NCBI GenBank assembly: GCA_964016885.1
Contig: OZ024750.1
Location: forward strand, 16,120,001-16,184,000
Direction: 5' to 3'
From: Eledone cirrhosa
Taxonomy: Eukaryota
DNA: 64,000 nt
In this document: positions 1 through 13,694 of the stretch, one piece after another
Layout of the letters: every line of letters begins with the position of its first letter
Numbering within the stretch: the first letter of the stretch is position 1
The notes under the pieces: model-generated
Database searches by the model: none
Told to the model about the DNA's origin: nothing
The model's input: only the letters and a program-made list of their open reading frames with translations
Translations under genes and position numbers: made by a program

Positions 1-156
1 GCGCAGCCACTTACAAGTTAATTTCATGAATAAGCACTTCTGATTGAAACTGGAATACTCCTCATTGGAAACTGGCATCCCACATATACAGGATATAGTA
101 AACAGGAATGAAGTCAAGGCTCCACCATAAATGAACTTCATTGCATATTGGGTAAA

Positions 157-380
157 GAAGTGCCAAGAAATCCCAGTTGAAGGAAGGGCGCAGTAGATGA
201 AGACCACGATAAACATGGGCGGAGGTGGTGAGCGCAGACCTCAGATCACTGAAGCTCACAGAGGAGATGACGAAAGACTGTGACAAGTGGAGAGATGCTG
301 TGCTGAATAGGACCCATCCCACCCTTGCAAGCAAGGAAAAGCGGACGTAAAATGATGATGGTGATGATGATGATGATGAC
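157..380 (+). mobile_element. 3' end of the same RTE-like LINE, with (GAT)n tail
   Basis: Homologous to 31715-31870 and ends GCGGACGTAAAATGATGATG. Confidence 0.7.
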
Positions 381-837
381 AATTGTTTTGATATTGAACC
401 ATGAAAAACTTGCCAATCAATGTTGAGAGAGAGGACTCTTCAATTGTTTTAAGTGCACGACAACCATCCTAATGCTGGTGCCTCGATAAAGTGCACCCAG
501 TGCCCACTGTAAATTGTAGGAATATATACATATGAAGTAATTGGCATTAATCAAGGCATCCAGCCATAGAAGTCATGCCAAACTGGAACATATGAACAAG
601 ATACAGTCGTCTGACCTGTCTGTCTAGTCTCTGTGTGACAACCTGTTTAATCCATGCAAGCATGGAAAATAGATGTATAATGATGATGATATAATCCAGA
701 CACACACACATGTGTGGAGAGAAGCAGTTCTCTTTTCAAACATATCATGTGGAAAACACGAGTACAACTTCTTTTTAAAACAAAATTCCATGAAGCTTTT
801 CAAGTAACACAAATTGTATTTGTGTTTCTAATCTTGT

Positions 838-1375
838 ACTACTACTACTAACACCATCACCACCACTACTATTGCTGCCACCACTACTACTAACGCTACC
901 ACCTGCACTACTACAACTATTACTACTACCACCACCACCACCATTATATCCAGTACTACTATCACCACCACCACCACTTGCACAACTTCTACTACCATCA
1001 CCAACACCACCATATCCACCACTACCACCACCACCATGTCCACCACTACTACTACCACCACCACCATGTCCACCACTACCACCACCAAGTCCACCACTAC
1101 TACTACCACCACCACCACCATGTCCACCACTACCACCACTACTACTACCACTAAATCCACTACTATTATCACCACCACCACCTACACAACTACTACTACT
1201 ACCAACACCACTATATCCACTACTAGTGTCACCACTACCACCACCACCACAACTACTTCCATTCCCACCACCACCATATCCACTACTACTATCACCACCA
1301 CCACTATATCCACCACCACCATATCCACTACTACTATCACCACCACCACCACCACTAATACAACAATAACTACCA
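838..1375. repeat. Degenerate (CAC/TAC)n trinucleotide repeat
   Basis: Directly visible, and open in several frames. Confidence 0.9.
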
Positions 1376-1627
1376 AACAAAATATCTGTTTCATCACTCA
1401 TTAGCAAAACTTTTTTTAATTCATACACGGCTTTGTTTTCTTTGTTTTAATCACATATTCTATTTGCCAAATTGATGTCAAAGGTCATGCTGTTATAATG
1501 CTTCAAAAGTTACCACCATCTCATGGCTTATTCACCAGAAGATACCACTGGCCTTTTCAATCAAAATTATCTTAAAATGTTAGTCCTCTTTGTTCATCTT
1601 GCTTTACTATCAACTCGTAGCTACGGT

Positions 1628-2063
1628 CCAGCTCCTAGTTAGCGCCCAGCTCCTAGTTAGCGCCCAGCTCCTAGTTAGCGCCCAGCTCCTAGTTAGCGCC
1701 CAGCTCCTAGTTAGCGCCCAGCTCCTAGTTAGCGCCCAGCTCCTAGTTAGCGCCCAGCTCCTAGTTAGCGCCCAGCTCCTAGTTAGCGCCCAGCTCCTAG
1801 TTAGCGCCCAGCTCCTAGTTAGCGCCCAGCTCCTAGTTAGCGCCCAGCTCCTAGTTAGCGCCCAGCTCCTAGTTAGCGCCCAGCTCCTAGTTAGCGCCCA
1901 GCTCCTAGTTAGCATCCAGCTCCTAGTTAGCATCCAGCTCCTAGTTAGCATCCAGCTCCTAGTTAGGGTCAGCTCCTAGTTAGGGTCAGCTCCTAGTTAG
2001 GGTCAGCTCCTAGTTAGGGTCAGCTCCTAGCTAGGGTCAGCTCCTAGCTAGGGTCAGCTCCTA
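1628..2063. repeat. 18/17-bp minisatellite (CCAGCTCCTAGTTAGCGC)n
   Basis: About 24 units with ordered variants. Confidence 0.95.
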
Positions 2064-5000
2064 CTTATGAAAAAAATGAAATGAAATTGACAGCTCATTC
2101 CTATGTAGGTTTAGCTGGCCTCACATGAGGTTACATCTCATTGGAGGTTTCAGATGATTGGGGAGGCCCCTCTTTTAACAAGCAAAGCAATGTAAAATAA
2201 AACATGTTACTCAAGAACACAACACACCCCACAACCTTCTGATCACACCCTAACTACTAGGCCATGTGCCTTCCCAGTTACTATAAAGTCAATCCTCTTG
2301 TGGTTAACTGCTATATATATAGTAAGTTTCTGTGGGGGTCAACTGCCTTTTAGAGCAAATATTCATGTCTTTAACAGTCTGGTCACTTCATAACAAACCA
2401 CCTTGTGGTCAGCTATTTATAGTATATTTCATTAGATACCTGTCTTTAATATTCTGATCACTTCATAGCCAACTCCCTAGTGGTCAAGCTACTCTATAGT
2501 ATATTTCCATGGGTATCTGTCAACATACTGGTCAATTTTAGCCAATTTCCTTGTGGTCAGCTATTATTTATAGAATATTTCCATGGGTATCTGTCAACAT
2601 ACTGGTCAATTTTAGCCAATTTCCTTGTGACCAGCTACTATTTATAGAATATTTTCATGGGTATCTGTCTGGAACACAGTATGTTTCCATAAGTACCCGC
2701 CTTTTTCCACACTCATTGAAGCGAGTAGATGCAGTGGATATAACAATAACGATACAACAGAGTAACAAATTAACTTAAATTACTTATTTACCTGTCTTAA
2801 TGGTACACTATTAATTGGTTAAATCAAACTGTTGTTCTCTAACACTTTCGGAAGTACCAAATTATTTTGACAAAATTCCTGTCATTAACAGAACAAGGTG
2901 AACTAAGTATAATATTGTTTTTGTTGTTATTATTGTTGATTTCAAATGACTGAGGTAGCTGCTCTCTAAAACTATTATTACTCTAGTTTTAACCATTTTT
3001 TTTACCATGTTTCTAATGAAAGACACTGCCTATGGTTTTAAAATGATTTTGAAAATAATCATGTGTATGTATATATGTGTATATCTGGGTGTTTGCATTT
3101 GTGCTTATATTTATATCTTCCTTAACTTAGCAGTTTGACAAAAAGAGATCGACAAAAAGAGATCAATAAAATAAGTACTACACTTGGAAAAAAAACTCCA
3201 GAAAAACGTACTGTGGTCAATATTATTGAAATTTAACTCTTAACCCTTTAGCGTTTACATTACTTTATATTTACTTTTGTATGTTCACGGTAAAGGCTTT
3301 ATTTACCTGACAAAATTATCTCACATAATATCGAATCTATGAGATTTTGATATTATCTTGAGAACAATACCTTAACAGCAGTATGAGTGGTCAGTTACGG
3401 CTGGTTTGAACAGAAAGAGGTGAGAGAATTCTGGCCAGATTAAAATCTTATGATTTAGCAGAAAATAGAATTATCTAAAAATGGGTTTCCTACTTCAAAT
3501 GGTTATAGTATCTTTAACAGAAGACATACTGTTGCGAAAATTTGCAGTATTACAGCAAATATTATATTTTCTAATGTTGTGCAAACATAGTACTGTTTTA
3601 TAATTTTCAAGAATGTCTTGCTAATGTGGTTTCAGGATGCCAAGAGTTAAGGCAGTGCTCTAGAATAGACGCATTCTAAATGATAAATCCAGTACAAGAG
3701 TTATATAGAAGTAAGCTGAAATGCAAAAATAAAAATAAAAATTTTAATAAAAAATTAACTAAATTGTCTTGGAAATAATTCTGTAGTTGTCACAGACAAC
3801 TGTAGTAGCAGTAATGGAATAAATAGGCTGGTAGACAATAGAATAAATCGATAGATGTAAATATTTTTAAACTGTTAAATCTTTAAACAGGAAAATACTT
3901 GCAATTTTACAGAAGTAGTGTGCAGTAATAGTGACTGGATATGTTTAAGTAACACATTGCTTCATGAAAATATTGCTAAGCTGGTAAATCTTTCACCCTT
4001 CGATAACCATATTTCTAAAAAAAAACACCGTCTATGATTTTCAAATAATTTTGAAAATCATTATCAATTCAGAGAGATTTAGTAAAATAACTAACTTTCA
4101 CATTACATTAGTGCTTGGAACATAGCTAAAAAGCATTTTTATTTACATAAAATTGTGATGGAAGGTTTATAAATAAATATAAACATTTTAACCATTTCAT
4201 TGCTATACTTCAGATGAAAAGTACTGTCTATGATGTGCAAATATTTTGAAAATTATATCAAGAATTTTAAGGGATTTAGTAATATATCTAGCCTTTTCAA
4301 TATAAAGATGGTGTTTGAAACTTAACAAAATTTCTTACATAAAATTATGATGGAAGGTTTTTTTTAGATAAATATAACCACTAAAACTACTTTAGAAAAA
4401 TAGTTTTAGAATAACCTCAACCTAAAAATCTATTTTTAATTGAAGGTTATTTTGGTTTCATACTAAGGAATTAAATTTAAAAACTGTGTTAGAGAATTGG
4501 CAAATTTAACAGTACAAAAAGAAAGGAAGGAATAAGTGGGGTAAACAAATTAAAAATGTCAGCAAACAATGCCGTGAATTTAAGTGAAGGAAAAATGTTT
4601 TTAGATGTATCAATTTCAGAGATAACATGCCACTCAGTTTGAGGATAAAAACCCCACAATCTTACTATCACAAAACCAACACTGTGACCACTGCATCACA
4701 CATGCCATCACATAGCATTATTCTTAACACAATTATTATTTTTACAGGCTTCATCATTTAACATCTATTTTCCCTGCTAGTAAAGGTTGGACAAGATACA
4801 GCTGAGATAACATACCACCAAGAATAGAAGTTGAACCTACAACCTGACAAACATACCATGAGACCATCATGGTAATCACTAGCCACACACACCTTCACAT
4901 AATGTCATTATTGACATAATGGTTATTATTCTTATAGACATAGTTGAGATTCTAACCATTATACAGAGACAGTAAAATAGTAAAACAGTAATGCTGTAAT

Positions 5001-5379
5001 GAGTATCACAAGGCAGACATTACCAGAGATACTATAATAGGAAAAAATAATCATGAGATGATGTTTTGTAGTTACTAACACAACTTATTTTGCTCCATAA
5101 TATATATACATATATTTACATACATACACACACACACACACATATGTGTGTGTAAAAGTAACAACAAAAATAACAAAAAAAATAGCACAGTACATGGAAG
5201 AAATATATTAGTTTAATGTTTGAAATAACAGGAAGAGAGTCTCAACGTTTCTGACAATAGAAAATAGTTAGAAATAGAAGATAAATAGAAAGTAAAAAGT
5301 GATGAGAAGAAGGATTGGGGAAAATAATTTTTAAAAAAATTGTGGAGAAAAAATACATGTGCATATCTAGTCGGCCATC

Positions 5380-5443
<64 letters not shown>

Positions 5444-5586
5444 GTGGACCTGTGCCATCAATAATGATAGCTAGAGCACTGAACATATTCAATTTTTGTA
5501 GTCCAAGATTGGTACGCTATATACATACATACATACATATATATATATATTTCGTTTGAGCAACATGACCCTCCCAAAGCATAACA

Positions 5587-5624
<38 letters not shown>

Positions 5625-5969
5625 CAGGATTACCAGAATAATCATACAAACTGGGAAATTTGCATTTTGATAAATTATTGGTTTGCCTAAGAGAAACCCT
5701 ATAGTTTATGTTGAATGTTGATATATGGAAATGATTAAAGATAAAATGACATTTTAATAATATTATTTTAAAGATATAATTACCTAAATTTTCAGCATGT
5801 AAAAATGACATAGTATTAAATGTATGATCAACTAGGGGAATAAATGTAGGTTTAGAACTTAGGATCTCGTAATTGGAAAGTGAACCTATAGCAAAGTAAC
5901 TGAGATAGGAAATGCAGTACGTATTTGTGTATGTTTCTTGGTGTAACATGTTACAAGTGTATGTATGTA

Positions 5970-6000
<31 letters not shown>

Positions 6001-6005
<5 letters not shown>

Positions 6006-6330
6006 TTAGTGGTTAGAGTATTGGGCTTGCAATCGAAAGGTTGTGAGTTCAATTCTCAGACCGGGTGATGTGTTGTTTCCTTGAGCAAGACACTTTATTT
6101 CACATTGCTCCAGTTTACTCAGCTGTAGAAATGAGATGATAGGGACTGGGGTCCCTATCATTCCACTGCAAAGTGGTCGTGGAGGTACCACGGCAAAAAA
6201 GCACCCCAAAAAGCACTCACTGTAAATGAAGTTGGTGTTAGGAAGGGCATCCAGCTGTAGAAATCAAGCCAGAATCAATTCCCGTCCCATCCTTGCAAGC
6301 AGGGAAAAGCGGACGTAAAATGAAATGATA
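6001..6330 (+). mobile_element. tRNA-derived CORE-like SINE with RTE-type tail
   Basis: A/B-box head (TGGCTTAGTGG...GAGTTCAATTC), CCTTGAGCAAGACACTT core, tail shared with the LINE 3' end. Near-identical copy at 22635-22966. Confidence 0.8.
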
Positions 6331-7797
6331 TATATATGGAAAGATGGGTACTAGCAGCTGAAATGTATATAAATACAGAGTCTGTAACTAAGATAGTACC
6401 AACGTCAGTGCAATCTCGGTTATACACACTGTATACATACAGATATAACTTTATCATATAAATATATATATATACAAACACACAAGGCATATTATTATGG
6501 TTTGTCGAGACAAAAAAGCACCCTATCCATGCTGTAACGTGGTCTTGTAGGCGACATATCAAAAAGCACCCAGCACATACTGTAAATGTGGTTGACATTA
6601 AGAAGGGCATCCAGCTGTAGAAACCAACCCAAAATCAGTTCTGTGTGAGCGAATTCACGGTCGCTCGACCCGAGCTCTCACAAAAGGACAACCTGTCCTA
6701 CCCATGCTAGCGTGGAAGATGGATGTTAAACGATGATGATGATGATATTTCTTTTTGTCCAATTTATGTGTTTTAGTTGAATATACAAACAGTTACATTG
6801 TAGTTGTTATTTAATGATTAATGATATAAAATGTCAATTTGAACATTATAGACAAGAAATAATCTATATCAATAATACTGAACAAGCTAATACATCTGTT
6901 TTATACTATTATGATTGTTGTCTAACTTCTGTGCGTGTTTAATGACTATACAAACAGCAGTGTATTACATTTTTAACTCTTGACATTCAGTAACGATTTA
7001 GCAGAGCATATCTAAAGATTGGTTCATTGATTCAAATTTTTATAGTATCTTTATTATTGGACAAATTATCAAGAAAATTTCCAGTTTTAGAGAAAAAATT
7101 TTAATTTTTAATGTTTTGCTAATGTGGTTTCAAGTGGTTTACTAATTCAAATGTTTACACTATATAGTGACCATTGTGAAAATTTGCAGAATTTAGAGTT
7201 AAAACTTAATGTGATGCAGTCACATTAAGTGCTGTTTTATATTGTTCCAGGAATGTCTCATACTATTAGAGTAAAAATGTTAGTTTTTTTTTTTTATTCA
7301 TAGAACATGTCCTCTTAGACTCTTAGTCAGACAGACAGAGAAACACTGCTTAAATACATGCCTTGATTGCTTCAGTTGCTGTCCACACACAGTGAAATTC
7401 ATTCTGAGAAAATGGTATAGACTAATTTGAATGTCAAGGAATTTGATCTCTTTGAATTACTAACTTAGCACAAATTCCTTGCATCTGGCATTATTTTTAG
7501 GATAGTTGCCTCCCTTTAACCTAACTAATAATTTTGTTTATTTATAGCTAATTTCGAAATAACCTGCCCTTGAAGAGCTCTCATATATTTTTTCTAAAAA
7601 AAAAAAAAAATAGAATACATTCAACCATGGTAGTAGCCATCCTTTATATAACAGGCTGAATGAGTTGGGGTGTATGATCCAACGAAACTTAAGTACCTGT
7701 ATATGTCACTGCTGTGACTAATTATATTTAACTCGTCCTATAGGCTGAGTGCTCTTACCCTTGGATATTTCTACTAAACTTATACTACAATGCATGG

Positions 7798-7833
<36 letters not shown>

Positions 7834-8559
7834 GCGTGTGCGTGTGCGTGTGTGTGTACATACACACACAAATACATATGTGTGTGTGTGCCCATTTCCT
7901 AGTTATCTTACTAAGACAGTAGACAGTCTGCACTACAGTACAGATAACGCGTTGGAAAGTCTGTAAGTAATTCTATGTATATGGCACTGTGCTGTCTTTT
8001 ATGACTAGGTGTGTGTGTCTGTAGTATTAGAAGTGTGTATGTATGTGAAGTGGTATATGTGTAGTGATGTGTGTATATGTGTGTGTGTATAGTGTAGTGT
8101 GTTTCTGCGTATGAATGTGCGTCTCTGAATGTACATGTGTGTGCGTCTGAGAGAGTATGTGTGTGCGAGAGAGTATGTATGTGTCTGAGAGTATGCGTGT
8201 GTGTCAGAGTATATGTGTGTGTAGTGTGTGTGGTGTGTGTGGTGTGTTCTAAAGAAACATAGAATGAATCAGTGGTTTGTTGCCAGAGGTGGAATAGTAA
8301 GTTCTGTGGAAGATGGTGATGGAGGTCTTGTGGTGGTGATGATGATGATGTTGCTGCTGCTGTTGATACTGTTGTTGTTGATGATGATAATGTTGTTGTT
8401 AATGTTGCTGATGTTGTTGTTACTGATACTGTATGGATTGCTATGTCTCAAACTAGTTACATCTCATCCTTTTGCCTTTCATCCTTACAGGGGGTCGATA
8501 AATTAAAGTACCAGTAATGCACTGGGTAATTGCTGGCCTTGTGCCGAAAGAAGAATCAA

Positions 8560-8750
8560 TTATTCCCTTCACAAGGCATTGGTCAACCTAAAGCTATAGG
8601 CCTGCACTTAAATCAGACAAAAACAGACTTCATATTTTTTAACCAACTTCAAGCAGATGCCATTACCTTAAAAGGATACAAGCTAAAAGAGTTGAAAGAT
8701 TTGAAGTATCTTGGAGCCTGGATAATAAATTCGATGAAGGATATTAATTA
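8560..8750 (+). mobile_element. LINE RT fragment
   Basis: IGLHLNQTKTDFI...LKELKDLKYLGAWI. Confidence 0.55.
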
Positions 8751-9009
8751 ATGCTAATATATCTGTCTTCATCTCTCTCTCTCTCTTACCCTCTTTCATG
8801 CTGGGGTCTACCTCTCATTCATTCTCCTCTTGTTTACCTCCAAAGCCTGTCAGATTTATTCATCATGGACGCACTAATCTCTGGTCATTAAATTATGTCA
8901 CAGCCATTCATAGATCTCAATTTTAAAACCATTTCCACCAAGCAAATCCAGGTACATTCTTTTATACTTCGGTCTCAAACACATTTTTTTCATACAATAA
9001 TCACCATAC

Positions 9010-9190
9010 TGCCAGAGGACGGTTGTAAATATGAAAGCCTTTCCTGGTGAGGAATGTACCTCCCAACATAACCTAGTAGTCAGTGACCTCATTCAGAGCT
9101 AGACGAACTTGGAAACAGAAGGCAATCTGGAGGAGGAAAGATTTGAAAGTTGAAAGAGCCTTCAGCCAGTAACAGATTTAGAGATGCTTT
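9010..9190 (+). mobile_element. LINE APE-endonuclease C-terminal fragment
   Basis: KAFPGEECTSQHNLVVSDL (SDH-like motif). Confidence 0.45.
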
Positions 9191-9439
9191 GCTTGATGAG
9201 CTATGGCAGTAATGAAGATTGCTGGCCTTGTGCTTAAATTAGAAACCATTATCATTTGGATGTAAGGGAGAGGAGGGGGGATAAGCAATGAGAAAAAAAC
9301 AAAAATAAAAAAGTATTTTGAAATAATTGAGAGTGAGTGGAAGGTGTAAACTACACACACACAATCAGCATCACCATAGCTATCATCCCTAATACTATTA
9401 TCATTACTATATGGACCTTACTAATATCATCACATACAC

Positions 9440-9580
9440 ACACCAGAGTACTCGATACTTAGGGTTGTAGAGTGGGTAACATGGAAAGAGTCAGGACTCC
9501 AACAGCTGAGCTCAGGTCGTTTCGGATCTAGCCGTCGAAATGGCTGGAGCTCAGCTGTTGGGGTCCTGACTCTTTTCATA
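9440..9580. mobile_element. Short hairpin element family (related copies at ~26060-26222, ~26628-26692, ~39800-39935)
   Basis: GAAAGAGTCAGGACTCCAACAGCTGAGCTC...GAGCTCAGCTGTTGGGGTCCTGACTCTTTT hairpin plus shared flanking sequence. Confidence 0.6.
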
Positions 9581-9725
9581 TATATGTATATATATATACT
9601 TGTTATATACTTGGGGAGGGTCATATTTGTGTAATAATATTGCCAGAATTAATAACAGAACACACTCACTGTTTGGTTGGTTTGCGCTTCTGTGTCTTTT
9701 ATATCGGTCAATTTAATTTATTCGG

Positions 9726-9968
9726 TCCTCAATGTTACCATTGACTGACCAACGGTCAAAAATACAGATATAATATAGACACAAACACATATATATAGTC
9801 TAACAAAGTTCTTTTGTTGCACATCTGCAACATCGTCAGTGGTGCTATTATGTTTCCGCCTACGCCATCTTTACGCAACGAAAGAACTTTGTTAGACTAT
9901 ATATATATGTTCGTGTCTATATTATATCTGTATTTTTGACCGTTGGTCAGTCAATGTTAACATTGAGG

Positions 9969-9969
<1 letters not shown>
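9726..9969. repeat. Inverted repeat (~95-bp arms) ending in (TA)n
   Basis: tcctcaatgttaccattgactgacc...gttgc pairs with gcaac...ggtcagtcaatgttaacattgagga. Confidence 0.75.
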
Positions 9970-10001
<32 letters not shown>

Positions 10002-10098
10002 AGGGTGGTGCCCCAGCATGGCCTCAGCGAGGTGGTTGGAACAGGTGAAAGAGTAAAAGAGTAGAGAGAGAGAGAAAGAGAGAAAGAGAGAAAGAAAA

Positions 10099-10145
<47 letters not shown>

Positions 10146-10158
10146 AATATTCACATAC

Positions 10159-10225
<67 letters not shown>

Positions 10226-10484
10226 TACAAAGCAATTAAACTAAAACTTGAAAGTCACTGCTACTTTTCACTATGAAAATAAATTTCGACACACTACCCA
10301 CCAGTATTGAGAGCTCATTCAGTTAATGTTTACATATTTTAAATACTACAGGTGTGTCATTGACATGGTGAATACACAGCAAATGCACTTGCTAAAGCAC
10401 AGGATCATATATTGATTCCCCTAGCCCACCTTAAAGCTAAGTGACTCCACTTTACTACTGACCGGTCATTCAACTCTTCGATAT

Positions 10485-10670
10485 TATTGTTTCTACTTTA
10501 GGCACAAGGCCAGCAATTACCCAGTGCATTACTGGTACTTTATTTTATCGACCCCGTAAGGATGAAAGGCAAAGTCAACCTCGGCGGGATTTGAACTCAG
10601 ATCGTAAAGGGGCGTAACTATGCTGGAAAGCATGGCGTCCGACCCTCTACCGATACTGCCAATCCACTTA
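10485..10670 (-). mobile_element. Second SINE family with a Deu/Nin-like central domain (copies at ~8465-8560, 17580-17910, 46545-46652, 53566-53678)
   Basis: GAGTTCAAATCCCGCCGAGGTTGACTTTGCCTTTCATCCTTACGGGGTCGATAAAATAAAGTACCAGT. Confidence 0.7.
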
Positions 10671-10984
10671 TGCGAGATAATTATGCAAGGTAAAGCCTTT
10701 ACCATGAAAATATAATAGTATATATAGAGTAATATGAATGTTAGAGGGTTAAGCAAAGAATCGCTGCTTAAACTTTAATCTGTTATTTTAATCCATCCAT
10801 CCATCCATCCATATCCTCATCATCGTTTAAACATCTATCTTCCACGCTAGCATGGGTTAGACAGGAGTTGTCCCACTTGAGGCAAGATTGGTCGGGTGAC
10901 CGTGTCTCGCTCATATAGGACTATCTGGCAGGTTTTCTACGCCTGGATGCCCTTCCTTTCACGAACCACATTTACAGTGTGGAC

Positions 10985-11022
<38 letters not shown>

Positions 11023-11227
11023 GTATATGTGTGTATATGTATATATGTATATATATATGTGTGTGTGTATATATATATATCTGTGTGTATATGTGTGTGT
11101 ATATATATATATATATCTGTGTATATGTGTATATATATATGTGTGTGTATATATGTATATATATATATATACGTGTGTGTGTGTATATATATGTGTTTGT
11201 GTATATGTGTATGTATATATATATATA

Positions 11228-11340
<113 letters not shown>

Positions 11341-11879
11341 GTATGTGTTTTGAGAGAGAGAGAGCAATGTATTATATATTATATATATCATCATCATCAC
11401 CGTTTTACGTCCGTTCTTCCACGCTAGCATGGGTTAGACGCTAGCATGGGTTATACATATATAATAGAGCAGAATATTTTATATAATACAGCAGATTATT
11501 ATGCATGCAATACAGCACAGAATTAGCACCAGCTAAGCAGAGCTCTGTATACACAGTTTTCTGTGAACACTAGCTTTGGTTTGGTGTCTTGTTTAGAAAA
11601 ATAAATATATAGACAGTAGCCATTTTGGCATGAGAGACAGTGAGAACAAGTGAGAGAGGAGCGGGAGGAGGATAGAAAGAGAGGGAAGGTGTAGTAGACT
11701 GAAGTATATATATATATACATATACACATATATATATATACACACACACACATATATATATACACACACACACACATATATATACACACACACACACATA
11801 TATATATTATACTTCTGGCGTCACGCAGTAATACAGGGTACCCGACCTCCCATGGGTACATGCTGAAGCATATAAACAA

Positions 11880-12175
11880 TATGCCCCCCCCCCCCCCACC
11901 GCAAGGTGGCCGTGGAGGTGCCACGGCAAAAAAGCACCCAGCCCACACTGTAAAGTGGACGTGTAGGCGCCACGAAAAAGCACCCAGCACTCACTGTAAA
12001 TGAGGTTGGTGTTAGGAAGGGCATCCAGCTGTAGAAATCAAGCCAGATCAGTTCCTGTATGAGCAAGGCATGGTCAGCCGACCAGACACTGCCCACAACA
12101 GGACAACCCGTCTAACCCATGCTAGCGTGGAAGAACGGACGTAAAACGGTGATGATGATGATGATGATGATGATA
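11880..12175 (+). mobile_element. SINE body/tail copy (relatives at ~470-690, 6490-6745, 10815-10980, 16690-16930, 20440-20635, 22210-22502, 25742-26020)
   Basis: Shared GGAAGGGCATCCAGCTGTAGAAA and CTAACCCATGCTAGCGTGGAAG...(GAT)n. Confidence 0.8.
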
Positions 12176-12260
12176 TATATATATGCACATATAAATACAT
12201 ATATATATATATATAGTGACGAAACATAAGTCAATTGCATGAACTCATAATCCTTTATTT

Positions 12261-12318
12261 ACTGCTATATATATATTTCGATGATAGCCATTGAATGGCT
12301 ATGACCTCATCAGGCAGT
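12261..12318 (-). ncRNA. Type I hammerhead ribozyme motif
   Basis: Minus strand reads ACUGC-CUGAUGA-GGUCAUAGCCAUU C AAUGGCUAUCAUC-GAAA-UAUAUAUA-UA-GCAGU. Core intact, 5-bp stem I, long stem II, palindromic stem III, AAUAAA just downstream. Confidence 0.8.
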
Positions 12319-12484
12319 TAGTCAGTTCTTAGATATGCCAGCTCTGTGTGTATAGTGTTGATGTTATCAGAGCCGTGGGACATATGTATATATATATATA
12401 TGCTTTATTATATTATTGAATGCTACTGACATGTTTAGCCAAGGAAAAGAAACTCATTGAGTGAGATAATATTAACATAAAATG

Positions 12485-12489
12485 ACAAT

Positions 12490-12554
<65 letters not shown>

Positions 12555-12604
12555 TATATATACATACACACAATATATATATATATATATATATATACAT
12601 ACAC

Positions 12605-12656
<52 letters not shown>

Positions 12657-12756
12657 CACACAATATATATATATATATATATATATACATACACACAATA
12701 TATATATATATATATATATACATACACACAATATATATATATATACATACATACAC

Positions 12757-12798
<42 letters not shown>

Positions 12799-12808
12799 CA
12801 TACACACA

Positions 12809-12839
<31 letters not shown>

Positions 12840-12842
12840 CAC

Positions 12843-12884
<42 letters not shown>

Positions 12885-12887
12885 CAC

Positions 12888-12929
<42 letters not shown>

Positions 12930-12932
12930 CAC

Positions 12933-12978
<46 letters not shown>

Positions 12979-13089
12979 CACACAATATATATATATATAT
13001 ATATATATACATACACACAATATATATATATATATATATATATACATACACACAATATATATATATATATATATATATACATACACACA

Positions 13090-13120
<31 letters not shown>

Positions 13121-13126
13121 CACACA

Positions 13127-13157
<31 letters not shown>

Positions 13158-13160
13158 CAC

Positions 13161-13196
<36 letters not shown>

Positions 13197-13202
13197 CACA
13201 CA

Positions 13203-13233
<31 letters not shown>

Positions 13234-13271
13234 CACACAATATATATATATATATATATATATACATACAC

Positions 13272-13307
<36 letters not shown>

Positions 13308-13337
13308 CACAATATATATATATATATATACATACAC

Positions 13338-13379
<42 letters not shown>

Positions 13380-13382
13380 CAC

Positions 13383-13424
<42 letters not shown>

Positions 13425-13433
13425 CACACAATA

Positions 13434-13467
<34 letters not shown>

Positions 13468-13470
13468 CAC

Positions 13471-13510
<40 letters not shown>

Positions 13511-13519
13511 CACACAATA

Positions 13520-13553
<34 letters not shown>

Positions 13554-13562
13554 CACACAATA

Positions 13563-13610
<48 letters not shown>

Positions 13611-13619
13611 CACACAATA

Positions 13620-13665
<46 letters not shown>

Positions 13666-13690
13666 TATATACATACACACACACACACGT
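12485..13690. repeat. Compound satellite [CATACACACAA(TA)n]
   Basis: Directly visible. Confidence 0.95.
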
Positions 13691-13694
13691 ATGG

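Noticed and set aside
775-1428. Gly/Ser-rich and Pro- or Thr-rich ORFs
   Set aside because: Trinucleotide repeat open in many frames on both strands, with no splice or homology support.
1590-2063. CRISPR-like array or repeat protein
   Set aside because: Head-to-tail units with no spacers and no cas genes, in a eukaryotic context.
6001-6065. tRNA gene (also 22640-22705)
   Set aside because: It is the tRNA-derived head of a SINE and continues into the core and LINE-type tail.
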